From Octopus sinensis (taxonomy: Eukaryota): 64,000 bases of DNA. The notes beneath the pieces were generated by a model. It did not search any database and was not told the DNA's origin. It saw only the letters and a list, made by a program, of their open reading frames with translations. The position numbers were made by a program, and so were the translations under genes. The stretch's first letter is position 1. Each line of letters starts with the position of its first letter. The DNA lies in contig NC_043002.1 in NCBI RefSeq assembly GCF_006345805.1, positions 56,792,001 through 56,856,000 of the forward strand, read 5' to 3'. Shown here in pieces: positions 12,061 to 23,595 of this stretch.

Positions 12061-14157
12061 CTTCTCATTATTATTATTATTATTAAAGACAGTGAGCTGG
12101 CAGAATCATTAGCAAATACTTAGCGATATTTCGTCTTCCACTACATTCTGAGTTCAAATTCCGCCAAGGTCATCCTTTCAGGGTCGATAAATAAAGTACC
12201 AACGAAACACTGGAGTCGATGTAATTGGCTAGTACCCTCCCCCTCATATTTCAGGCATTGTACCTATAGTAGAAAGGATTATTTTTATATTATCATCATA
12301 TTTATTTGTGAAATTTAGTTCCTTATTGAGCAGCAGATGAAGCAGCCATTACGCTGCTGGTTGTTTGATTCTGTTTATTTGGTAGTTGGACTGTAATAAT
12401 GTCTATTTTGTAAACTGTCAGTAGGTAGGAGGTATACAATACATTCAATGGAGGGAAGGGAGGATATGGCATTTGAGTAGTGGTGGTAGTAGGGCCACAG
12501 ATGAGGTTGGTGGGGGTGGAGATTTTATGAACTTAGGAAAGATATGTTGTTGTTTTTTAAATCAGGTCAACCAGATTAGTTTGTTGTCAGCCTAAAACAT
12601 GATTAGAGGAAAGAAGCAAGGAGGATTGTGTGAAATATTAATGTTTTTGTTTTGTTAGTTGTAGCCATTAACAGAGTTGTAAATGTTGTCTTTTTAAAAC
12701 ATTTCCTTTTAAAGGCGTCACTGTTTCTTTTTAAAATTTTAAGTGGATGAGGCATCTTCATATTACAACAAAAACAAAAAGAATCTATTATAAGGTCTAA
12801 CGAAGCTTAAGGGATAATTAATGAAGGTGGTTGCCAGGAATAAATTGCAGATGAAACCAAAATGAAACTTAGTCTTTTATTATTATTATTACTGAGAAGG
12901 CAGCAAGCTTAGCAGCATTTCTTCTCTCTTTGCATTCTATCAAGGTCAACTTGGCCTTTCATCCCTTCACGGTCAATGAAATAAATACCAGTTGTGTACT
13001 GGGTCACTGTATTCAACTTACCCTTTCCACCTCCAAAATAGAAACAATTATTATTATCATTATTAATATTATTGTGGAGGTGCATGGTTTAGTGAGTGGT
13101 TAGGGTGTTGGACTCCTGATCACCAGATTGTGGTTTCAGTTCCTGAACTGGGTGATGGGTTGTGTTCCATGTTGTTCCAGCTGGCAAAAAGTAATCCTGG
13201 TGGGGGAATATATGCATTATTAACCATTAAAAAAAGGTGGTGAGTTCGCAAAATCATTACTATGCCAGATAATTTGTTTAGCAGCATTTGGTTTGACATT
13301 TTACGTTCATTATCATCATCATTGTCGTCGTTTAACATCTGCTTTCCATGCTGGCATGGGTTGGATGGTTTGACTGAGGATTGGCAATCCAGAAGGCTGC
13401 ACCAGGCTCCAGTCTGATCTGGCAGAGGTTTCTACAGCTGGATGCCCTTCCTAATGCCAACCACCCCAGTGGGTGCTTTCTACATGCCACTGACATAAGG
13501 GCCAGTCGGGTGGCACTGGCAATGACCACGCTCAAATGGTACTTTTTATGTGCCACCGACATGGGACCAGTCAGCCAATTCAAACTCCACTGAGGTTGAC
13601 TTTGCCTTGCATCCTTTCAGTGCTAATAAAATAAGAATCAATTGAGCTCTGGGGTTATCCCCTCCTTTAAAATTGCAGACCTTGTGCCAAAAATTAGAAA
13701 GAAGGGCAGTGTCCTGATAAAATTGTTAGTGTCGGACAGAATGCTTGTTGGCATTTCTGCTGAGGTCATCCTTACTCTTTATCCTTTTAGGATCAATAAA
13801 ACAGGTACCAGTTGACTACTGGGGTCAGTGAAATCAACTACTTCTTCCCCCAAACATTTCAAGTCCTCTGCCTATAGTAAAAAAGAATTATTATAGTTAT
13901 CATTATTTCTAATGGTCCCTTCTAGGGGAAGGGGCAATGCTCATGACCTTCACATATACACTCTGGGATTGATCAATTTGTATTCAGTTTAGTTTGAAAC
14001 AGTAATGCTGATATCAACAATAATTATTTATATTTTTATTTGCTTGTAAGAAAAAAAAAAAAATTCAAAATCGTATATTTGTGATGTTTTACATGTTTGA
14101 ACTAGCAGTGTTTTACATTTTTATCTGATACCTTGTTTTTTTCTTCATATTTTGCAG

Positions 14158-14715
14158 CAATACGGCATGGAAAGCGCTGTATGCGGTTACACCCTTCAAA
14201 AGCAAGCATAAAGCAATTACCACCGTCATTACTAAGCACTGTGTCTCCACCATACAATTCCAAAGTCAATGCCCCCGCCAGTAAGGAGAAAAACCATGCC
14301 ATGCCAGTGGTCAAAGTGGAACGAATGCCGGAGAAACTACCAGTCAAGAAGCATTTTCTTAATAACACCAATTCAAACAGTACCCCCAATAATGTCAACA
14401 ATAACACCAATAGTAGTAATGTTAGTGCTAATACTAATGCTAATACTAACTTCACCACCACGAGCAGTTCCGACAGTGTTGCTTCAACCCCAAACCAATG
14501 TAGTGTGAAACCCGCCATTACGAATGGAACTCTGAAAGATGCTGCGCCCATTCTTCCTCCTGTTGCTGCTCAGGCTGGTGCCTCTTCTACTACAACCACA
14601 AGTAGAGATTGCTCAGCAGCATTACCTCTGCCCAACGCCATGGCTTATCAGAACTGTTGCAACAAAATTGTTTGTCAAAAACCGCAGAAAAAAGAAAAAT
14701 TATTACCCTGTAAAG
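14158..14715 (+). CDS. ATXN7: Ataxin-7-like gene, first coding exon found (internal, phase 1 to phase 1)
   Basis: Acceptor TTTTGCAG, donor AAAG|GTTAGA. It begins xIRHGKRC, like the RHG end of the N-terminal Sgf73-type zinc finger. It ends KLLPCK and joins in frame to DREFD in the next exon. Confidence 0.88.
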
Positions 14716-14771
14716 GTTAGAATGTCTTTCTAAGCTAAAATACCATGTTTTTTTTTTGGGGGGGGGGATTT

Positions 14772-14802
<31 letters not shown>

Positions 14803-14919
14803 CATTTGGTGCAACAAGCCGAATGAATTGTATATTATATTATTTTTCTGTTGATAATATTAATAATTTCTAATCTTCACCACTTTCACTCTCATTACCA
14901 TCACCACCATCATCACTAT

Positions 14920-15620
14920 GGCAGCGGATGAGGAGAATCATTAAAATGCCAAACTGAATACATTATGGGGTTTAGTTTTGGTGCTTTACATTCTGAGTTC
15001 AAATTCTTCCAAGGTCCTCTTTGTTTCTCATTTTTCTGGTGCCAATAATAAAAAGTACCTACCAACTACTGAAGTCAATGTAATCAACTTTTTTCTTCTC
15101 ACCCCTAATTGATGGCTCTCTACCATCTTACAAACAATTATTATCGTTATTATTAAATAAGGTAATGAGCTGGCAGAGTTGTTAGCATGGCGGGCAAAAT
15201 GCTAAGTGGCATTTCATCCATCGCTATGTTCTGAGTTCAAATTCCACCCAGGTCGACTTTGCTTTTCATCCTTTCGAGGTCAATAAATTAAGTACCAGTG
15301 AAACACTGGGGTCAGTGTAATTGACTAGTCCCCTCCCCTAAAATTTCAGGCCTTGTGCTTATAGCAGAAAGGATGATTATTATTATTATTATTATTAAAG
15401 CAGTGAGCTAGCAGAGTTGTTAGCATGTCAGGCAAAATGCTAAATGGCATTTCATCTGTCTTTGCATTCTGAGTTCAAATTCCGCTGAGGTCAACTTTGC
15501 CTTTTATCCTTACGAGGTCGCTAAAATAAGTACCAGTCGAGTACTGGGTTTCATGTAAATGACTAGCTCCTTCTGCCAGGATTTCAAGCTCCTTGTGCAG
15601 AAAGAATTATTATTATTAAA
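14920..15620 (+). repeat. Three head-to-tail copies of tRNA-derived SINE family B joined by (ATT)n
   Basis: Each unit is GAGCTGGCAGAGTTGTTAGC...GAGTTCAAATTCC...GGTCGACTTTGCCTTTCATCCTTT...AAGTACCAG...(ATT)n. Units are ~14920-15157, 15158-15396 and 15397-15620. Confidence 0.85.
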
Positions 15621-16258
15621 AATCACAGATTCATGCACTAAATACTTTGCAGTATTTGGTATTATAGCTTTGTAGTGAGTGGGGTGGGGTGGGTCACTTA
15701 AATAGATACCAGTAATACACGAGGAACAATTCAATCAACTATACACCTACCTTACAAATTTAGGGTTGTACATGATTGTGATTGCCAATAGGAGGGGTGG
15801 GTGTAAAGACCTACAAACACATAAGGACAGTTCCCACTGTGCAGCACTTTTGACAAATGTCTTCTACTATAGCCCCAGGCCCAACAAAACCATGTAAGTG
15901 GATTTGGTAGGTAGAAACTGAAAGAAGCATTGGCATGTATTACTGTGTGTGTGTGTGTGTGTGTGTATACCCTTGTCTTGACATAGATACAGTAACGAAG
16001 GGGTTAAACACCTTGCCAGGTGTCCAATCATCATCATTTAGTGTCTGTTTTCCATGCTGGTATGAATTGGATGGTTTGATAGGAGCTGGCAGGGCCAAGA
16101 GCCACAGCTGGTTCCATTGTCTGCTTTAGCATGATTTCTACAGCTGGGTGCCCTTCCTAATACCAATCACTTTACAGAGTTTACTTTTTACATAGCACCT
16201 TCACCAGTGCTCCTTATGTGGCACAGACTCTACAAACACTTGAACAAACAATATAGAG

Positions 16259-16639
16259 CAGTGTTTCTCAACCTTTTTACCCTTAAAATAAATTACATGT
16301 CTCAAGGAACCCCTGCACAAAAAATTATGCACCATATCTTTCTCGTATTTTTCTCATTGTAGTTCATGTTGTAAATATCATATATATATATATAAAGATA
16401 TAGTGTCCATAAATTACAGATATCCCTAAATATATCCCCAATGGTTGTTATATTGTTTTGATAACATAATAGGTTAGATAGGATGATGACTATATTACAA
16501 TAACCAGTTACATGTTGTGCATCTATAGTAATATTACGATCATGAAATTAGCATTAGTTTATCTCACTCTTTCTCACAGAACCCTTAAGAACCTTTTGTG
16601 GAACTCTAGGGTTCTGGGAACCCCGGTTGAGAAACACTG
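16259..16639. mobile_element. hAT-superfamily MITE
   Basis: Perfect 15-bp TIRs CAGTGTTTCTCAACC / GGTTGAGAAACACTG. The 8-bp TSD is ATATAGAG / AAATAGAG (7/8). Confidence 0.88.
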
Positions 16640-17036
16640 AAATAGAGTAATGAAGACAAGGAGATTGAAAACTTTCTCTTCAAAAAGAGTAAAGGAAGTT
16701 TTATTGGTATGGCGAGACCAATTCAATCACTTACATAAAACATACCTTGTATGTAATCAAGGGGTGTAGTTTAAGATTTATCCATTGCTTGGTATCTTGG
16801 TCACAAGTTAATTTGTATAGCCTCATGTTAACTCCTATTGTTAGCAAAAACTATATGGAAGCCCATTGGCTGGATTGTACCTGTAATTCAAAGAGGTTCA
16901 TTCCTGTCGCACATGATATCATGCTGATTCTGCCTAAGAATTATGTTAAGGAGACATATACAGTTCTATATTTAAGAGATGAGGAATTATGTATATTATT
17001 TACATCTGACGGATATTTGTCCTCATCTTGTTTGGT

Positions 17037-17082
17037 GTTTATATGTTTCGACCGATATACCCTCCAGCCTTCATCAGGTGTT
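17037..17082 (-). ncRNA. Minimal type I hammerhead ribozyme motif (degenerate copy)
   Basis: AACAC CUGAUGA A GGCUG gagggUaUaU CGGUC GAAA CA UA. Core is intact and stem II is kept by G-U wobbles, but the stem III and stem I 3' sides have decayed. Confidence 0.6.
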
Positions 17083-17329
17083 TTGGGGAAATTTCAAACC
17101 TGTGTTCTCATTCCTAAAGTATTTTTCGATGCCTGTAATTGAACTTGGAATCTTGAGCTTAGTAGCCCATGCTCTTAACCACTATGCCTGTGGGCATATG
17201 GCATAGTGGTTAAGAGCTACTAACCCCAAGATTCTGAGTTCGATTCCAGGCAGTGACCTGAATGATGATGATAATAATAATATTAAAAAATACCTTAGGA
17301 TTGAGACCCCAGGTTCGAAATTTCCGCAA

Positions 17330-17375
17330 GACACCTGATGAAGGCTGGAAGGTATATCAGACGAAACGTTGTATT
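17330..17375 (+). ncRNA. Minimal type I hammerhead ribozyme motif
   Basis: GACAC CUGAUGA A GGCUG gaagguauau CAGAC GAAA CG UU|GUAUU. The catalytic core is intact, with one mismatch each in stems I and II. The predicted cut is after 17370. Confidence 0.72.
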
Positions 17376-19569
17376 AACAACAAACAAGATGAGAACAAAT
17401 ACCCATCAAATGTAAATAAGGAGACACATGTCTGGAATTCACGCTCATTTACACTTTCAGGAGCTGGTGATTCAATTGATCAAACAACAAAATCCTCCTC
17501 GTGCAACTGATGGAGATCCACTGCCAATTTTGATAGATTAAAGACCCTCCTTTGGCTCATTACTTTAAGTCAATCCACACAATTGTTCCTTTTACTTGTC
17601 CTTATTCAGGATACATCACAGAATATTTTTCACCACCAACTTTAACCTCAAGTGGCTTCAGAAAAAGGACTTGCCCAGTTCTTGAAAGTAGATATTTGTT
17701 CTTGCTTATTTTAGCAGACATCCACCTTTTTGTTCCTTGTGGGTACATCCTAACACCTCATCACCAGCATCCTTTTTCCCACTGCAGCTGGGGTTGTCAT
17801 GTATCTCCATCGTGGCAGGACACCTATTCCTGTCTTAGCATACTTTAGCCCCTCAACATCTAGCACAAAGTTACTCTCCATCACTGCTGCACCCTCCCAC
17901 TCAGTCAAGAACTCTTTCTTGCAAGTTACTTGGCGACCTCACTATGCTGATGCTAAGAAAAAAGCACCCGGTACCTCTGTGAAGTGGTTGGTGTAAGGAA
18001 GAGCATCCTGCCATAGAAACAGTGCCAAAGCAGATCCTTTCAACCAGCCAATCCATATCAAGATCTTAAATGATAATGATGATAATTCTCATTAATTCTT
18101 GTCCCCCACTTTTATCCCCGAGCTGGTTATTCTCTAGTGAAAGTAACTAAACAAAAGTATTCAAAAGTTTTGGGATTTTTTCTAGATTATTCACAAAAAT
18201 TAAAATACAATGTTCAAAACTTTAACATGGCATTAACTGAAATTATTTGTCAGTTGTTAAAATTTAGTGATTTTCCAGATTTAACTCAACAATTTGTGTC
18301 AACATCATACAGAATTTAAGAGTCAGTATTAAGAGTATCACAATCTAAATTTTTGTATCTACACACTAAACCTAATGGCAAATAGGAGTGTTTAGTATCC
18401 AATAAAATTCTCTTCTTTTGCTTATGTGTGGTTAACAAGTGTGCTTTTCACTCACACAGTTTTAAGGGTCAGTCCCACTACATGTCTTTTATAACTTTGG
18501 GCCAACCAATGACTTGTGAGCAAGTTTGCTTAGATGGAAACTGAAAGAAGCCCATAGTGTGTGTTTACACATGTGTTTCTTTCTGTGTTTGTTTACGTTT
18601 CACTTCACCGAATATTGGTTTCAAGGCCAGTAGTTTCAGGCTGGTGGGGGCTGGTTGACCCCCCAGTGTTCAACTGCTACTTATTTTATCAACCCCAAAA
18701 GAATGAAAGGCAATGTTGAACTCGGAATGTAAGGCTGGAAGAAATGCCATAAAGCATTCCCCCTGGCATGCTAAGGATTCTGACAGCTCACCCCCTTCAC
18801 CAATGTTGTCCCTTAGCTTTGCTCCTTCAAAGTTATTTGAGAATCAGTTGAGGGTTTGCAATAGGAAAGACATCAGAGTGTAAAACACTATTTCAGTAAT
18901 CTATTAATTTAATCCATACTAGCATGGAAAAAATGATGATAAACAAAGTCCCATCCATGCCAGCATAAAACTAAAAACAAATGTGAGAAGGATGGTAATA
19001 GTGTCATCAATGTCGTTTATGATAGTACCAAAAATAAAGTAGAGTTAAAAGGAAATTTTTTAAAATATTGGTGACAGAAAGGGCATTTGGCCATAGGAAA
19101 TTTGTCTCAACAAATTCCATCTGACACATGGGAGCATGGTAAAGTAAAAGTGGTCGTTACGATGAGCCATTCTATGAATATATTTATAATTTGCTGGGAA
19201 TCAATTAATAAATATAAGAGTAAAATGACTAAGGTGGTTACTAATTCCTGTTATCTACTGTAGGTACTGGCTCTGTCACTTCTTTGTCAAACCACCACCA
19301 CCACCACCTACTACTTTTGCTATTACTTCGATAGTCATGCTGCCATCAAGAATAACTATGGCATCTGTTCTGTAGCAGATTTTTTATTTAACAAGAGGCA
19401 TATTTATTGAAAGCCAAGGGAGATAAATACTCATCGCAATAGAAAATATTATTTCTCATTACAAAATAAATATCACTCCTTTAATGCAAACATGTTTCTT
19501 TCTCTTTTTTTAAATGCAGCCTAAAAGGGTTTCTCCCCAAATGATCTCTCGAGTAATGTTACTCAATGA

Positions 19570-19730
19570 GGCATGTAGCTTGACGATCTGGTCAAGAGTT
19601 GCTACTTCTCTGCATTGAGAGATCACAGCTCCAGTACTATGGACATGTGAATAGAAGATGGATTCTTCAAGTAGGGCCAACTGGCAGGGGATCTACAAGT
19701 AGAAAAAGAACAAGTTGGTTGGATAATATT
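19570..19730 (+). pseudogene. RTE (Expander/Rex3-like) ORF C-terminal fragment
   Basis: LLLCIERSQLQYYGHV...PTGR...RKRTSWLDNI resembles LLLHIERSQLRWLGH...PTGRRPRGRPRTRW. Confidence 0.65.
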
Positions 19731-20167
19731 TATAGCAGGGGTGGACCGAGAGTATTAAGGGCCCTCGGGCATAACTGTTTACTGGGTCCCTTAGCATTGA
19801 TTTAGTAGTTAACATGTAGAGTGCAGGCTCCTCAGAGCTCTGGGCCCTCGGACAGTGCCCAATTGACCAGTGGCTCAGATGGTCACACTTAAGAATGCAG
19901 CTGAAAAGTGTAATAGATTGTTGTTTCTGATAGGACCCTATAGATGAGGGGCCCGAGGATTCTCTTTCTTGAACTTCTCACAAGGATAGTAGGCAGAGAA
20001 GATGGGTTGGCCAATTAAAAAGTGAAGATTTATTAATTTTTCGTAGGAATAACTATTTGATCTTTACTTACCTTCTTTGTCTTCATTGAAGATTGTGATA
20101 GATCTCAGTTTAGCATCAACCTTGTGACTCTTTGCCACTGTTGGTTGCATTTAATGTTGATTATTAA

Positions 20168-20372
20168 CTGTTTTGATCCAAACCTTCCTGAGACTACCTC
20201 GGTTCTATGATACAAACTTCCTGTTTTATAAGGATCAAAATTAAAACCTTCCATCAAAATTTCATTTTAATTTATGTTCCAAATATCAGATTATTAATGA
20301 CAGTTATTTTACTAGATTTTTCATTGTTTTCAAAATGAATTGAGGCAAAACAAAAATATGGTAATGAAAAGG
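20168..20372. mobile_element. piggyBac-like MITE family 2 (also ~27298-27502, ~62805-63006, 63731-63943)
   Basis: Flanked by TTAA at 20164-20167 and 20373-20376. The body is shared with the clean copy at 63731-63943. Confidence 0.65.
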
Positions 20373-21800
20373 TTAATGTTCAACTCATGCAATATTGTGC
20401 TAAGTTTCTAGTCATGTGTTTAAAATTTCCTAAATATCATTTTACTGTTTGGTATGATATATTACTTACTTTTGAGAAAGAGAGAAAGAGAGTGAGTAGG
20501 CAAAATAAGTATCATATTCTCTTTTCAGTTGAATCAATGATTTTGCAAAAAAGCACACAGATACAAAATTGCCTGCATCATTGATATATACAAATATCTA
20601 AATTTGCTATGGAATGTAAAATTTAGACTTGGCTCTCTCATGAACCCCCAGGACTCATAAGGCCAGGGTTTAATCTAGTTTCCAAGGTGTATAAGTAACT
20701 GAGATTACAACACCCTCCCTGAATGGGACACTAGTCCATCTCAGGGTTAACTTCCCAGGTATCACTGGAGCTCATTTTATAGCTATGTGGACTGGAATAA
20801 CAGGAAATTAAGTGTTTTGCTCAAGAACACTATACACCGCCCAGTCCAGGATTTGAAACCACAATTTTATGATGATGAGTAGAACGCCTTAACCACTAGG
20901 CCATGCACCTTCACAACAAATGATAGCATTATATAAAATGCAATTAAATATATCATCTCTGTGTTTTACAAATAGTTTTCAACAAAATGCAGGACTTCTG
21001 CTTACACCAGAAGATTAATCTTGAAAAAAAAATCATTAAAACTTGTTGAATGCATCATTAATTGTTATTTTGTGGTTAACTACATTGTAAGAACAGATTC
21101 CTTTTATCAAATTGAAGAATGTACCAGTATACAACATTAATGTTAAATGATGATGATGACAATGATAATAATGATGATGATGAAGTGAATAAAATTATTT
21201 TATTTACTCGTTCTTTTGCTAAAAAAAACTTGACCATATTTTCTTGCTTACAAGTTGACATAATATATAAAGATGTGGTGCAAAACTCAAACGTCATCTC
21301 TGTCTTCCCAAATCCTTCTGGATTTCAGATGAAAATGTTGGTCCTCCAAAGTCATCTTGGTGTATAAATTGACATGCCTTTTTTTTCTGCTGTAAATTTT
21401 GGTCCAAAAATTCAACTTGTATGCCAGAAAATATGATGTTTTTGGGTATAACAAGGTTTGTTTACTTGTCTTAATAGGAATGATGTTATTCATTGAGCAA
21501 GAACTGTAATTCAGTTAAATGTTGTTTAATTTGTAGTGATAGTCATTTGTAGAATTAATATTTTCTACCTCTGTAAACAGTACTGGTGCCACATAAAATG
21601 TACCAGTACACTGTGAAGTGGTTAGGATTAGGAATGACTTTCACCCATAGAAACCATGCTAAAGCAGGCATTGGAGCTTGGCACAGTCCTTTAGCTTGCC
21701 AACTCCTGTTGAACTGTCCAGCCCATACCAGCATAGAAAATAGTTTTACTGATGATGATGATGTAATCAGTTTTTCAAATTTTATTTTTTGAAATTTCAG

Positions 21801-21883
21801 ATCGAGAATTCGATGCTAACAAACATTGTGGTGTGAAAATAGCAAATGATAGTAAACCCTGCACCCGGTCTTTGACGTGTAAG
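21801..21883 (+). CDS. ATXN7: Ataxin-7-like exon, first half of the SCA7 domain (phase 1 to 0)
   Basis: TTTCAG|...AAG|GTGAGT. It encodes DREFDANKHCGVKIANDSKPCTRSLTCK, matching the REFDPxKHCGV...PCTRSLTCK signature. This exon is absent from the ORF track as a unit. Confidence 0.96.
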
Positions 21884-23595
21884 GTGAGTCAACTTTCTTG
21901 TTTGCAGGTTGCCAGAGATTATCATCAGGAGAAGGACTTTAATTTAAGATATCAACTGTATTTTATGAGCCTCTTATCATTTCCTCTCATGCCTTCCTTG
22001 ATTAGCTTGCTGATTAAATTATCTGGAAGTGAACCATAATTCCAGTATAGCAGAGTAGGTACCATTAGTATATTTTTGCAGGTAAGATGGTACAGTATAA
22101 ATGTTGAGTTCTATTAAGCTTATTAGGTTCCTGTTTTTTAGAAGATAAACTTGGAAATCTTTTTTCTTTTATTAATTCTCCCCCTTGCCCCGACTAGCTC
22201 TTGTGCTGGTGGCAGATAAAAAGCACCATCCGATCGTAGTTGATGCAAACCCCCGATGGCACGTAAAAAGCACCTACTACACTCTTGGAGTGGTTGGTAT
22301 TAGGAAGGGCATCAAGCTATAGAAACACTGCCAGATCAGACTGGAGCCTGGTGCAGCCTCCTGGTTTCCCAGACCCCAGTTGAACCATCCAACCCATGCC
22401 AGCATGGAAAATGGATGTTAAACGATGATGATGTTGTTTTTAGAAAACCATTTGAATACAGGATTAATTCTTTTAATAGGGAAAAGTTTTTGTAAAAAGA
22501 TGTATTTTTAAACTGAAAGTTTTTCAATTTTTTGAATCAACTTATATTCTTTTATATATATCATCATCGTTTAACGTCCGTTTTCCATGCTAGCATGGGT
22601 TGGACAAATATATATAGATATATAGATGGCAGCTACTTCATAAAGCTTGTGAAAGTAGAATATTGCTGGTAATAGCAAAGTTAGAGCATTTATAGTTTCT
22701 CAAACTACATTGAATGAACTTATTCTATATTGAAATAAAATTGAAATCACAGGTTGTATATATGAAGAACTTAACTGCTATATCAACCACAAACAAAACC
22801 AAAAAAAAACGATCACAGTGGTAGCAGCCTCTAAGGCCTATTACTTTAATTATATGGGTAGGTAACCGTGATTGGCCCTTTTCGTTTAGGGTCAATGGGT
22901 ACTGCTAAGATAGTAGGTTAATCACTTGCTCTGCTGTACCTGGGATGTTTCCAGAAGCAAATGCTTCACCTTGAGTACACTTACCACCTCTCCACTCGTG
23001 GATATGCTGTGAAGGAAAGACAAATCAATACATTTGTGACATGCGTGGAACCGCAAGGAATGCCAGATATTACTTATAACTGTACATATCTGCTTGAGGG
23101 TTCCTCTCTGTATATTCTATAAGGCTTTACCCCCTTAGCCTTTTTATAAATTCTCAATAAATTACCCCATAATGCAGCAGGGTTTTATTGTTATTGTGGG
23201 TATTTTTGTGCAGAGCCAGTGCCATTTTCTCCTCTTTCAGACTTATATTGGTCTTATATATCAGGTACCACAAAGCCAGTAGTTATCAAAATGCAGAATT
23301 TGTATGAAGTTTCCTTCTCAACGTCTAAAAGACAAAATGCTTATTTAATTACAAAACTGAATATAGTATCCATCATTGCAAAGCAGTGAGCTGCCCTAGC
23401 GTAGCTAGAGCATGTGCTGCATGGAGTGGCCCTTCCATTTGCCAACCCCAGACCCCCCCCAAAAAAACACATATTGCCTGCAGCAGACCCAATGGTGGTG
23501 CCCCTTTAAAAGTGCTGTCACATTAAATGAGTGATTAACTGCGTTAGTGTCTCCTGTTTCTAATGATGTTCTTTTTTTTTTTTTTGTAATTCTAG

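Larger units (their letters stand above)
16961..17419. mobile_element. Palindromic tRNA-headed element with a hammerhead motif in each arm (locus 1, in an ATXN7 intron)
   Basis: The arms are reverse complements centred on 17190-17191. A-box TGGCATAGTGG is at 17199-17209 and B-box GAGTTCGATTCC at 17236-17247. An inverted head lies at ~17130-17189. Confidence 0.85.

Noticed and set aside
1-14157. Search for upstream ATXN7 exons (N-terminal zinc finger, KPQA-type motif) and promoter
   Set aside because: No matching exon or CpG-rich promoter-like region was found. They are probably outside the window, though a small exon could have been missed.
17199-17250. tRNA gene call for the A/B-box head (and other SINE heads); TACTAAC at ~17218 as a branch point
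   Set aside because: There is no complete cloverleaf or acceptor stem and it continues into repeat body, so it is a SINE head. TACTAAC is part of that head and is over 4 kb from the next acceptor.
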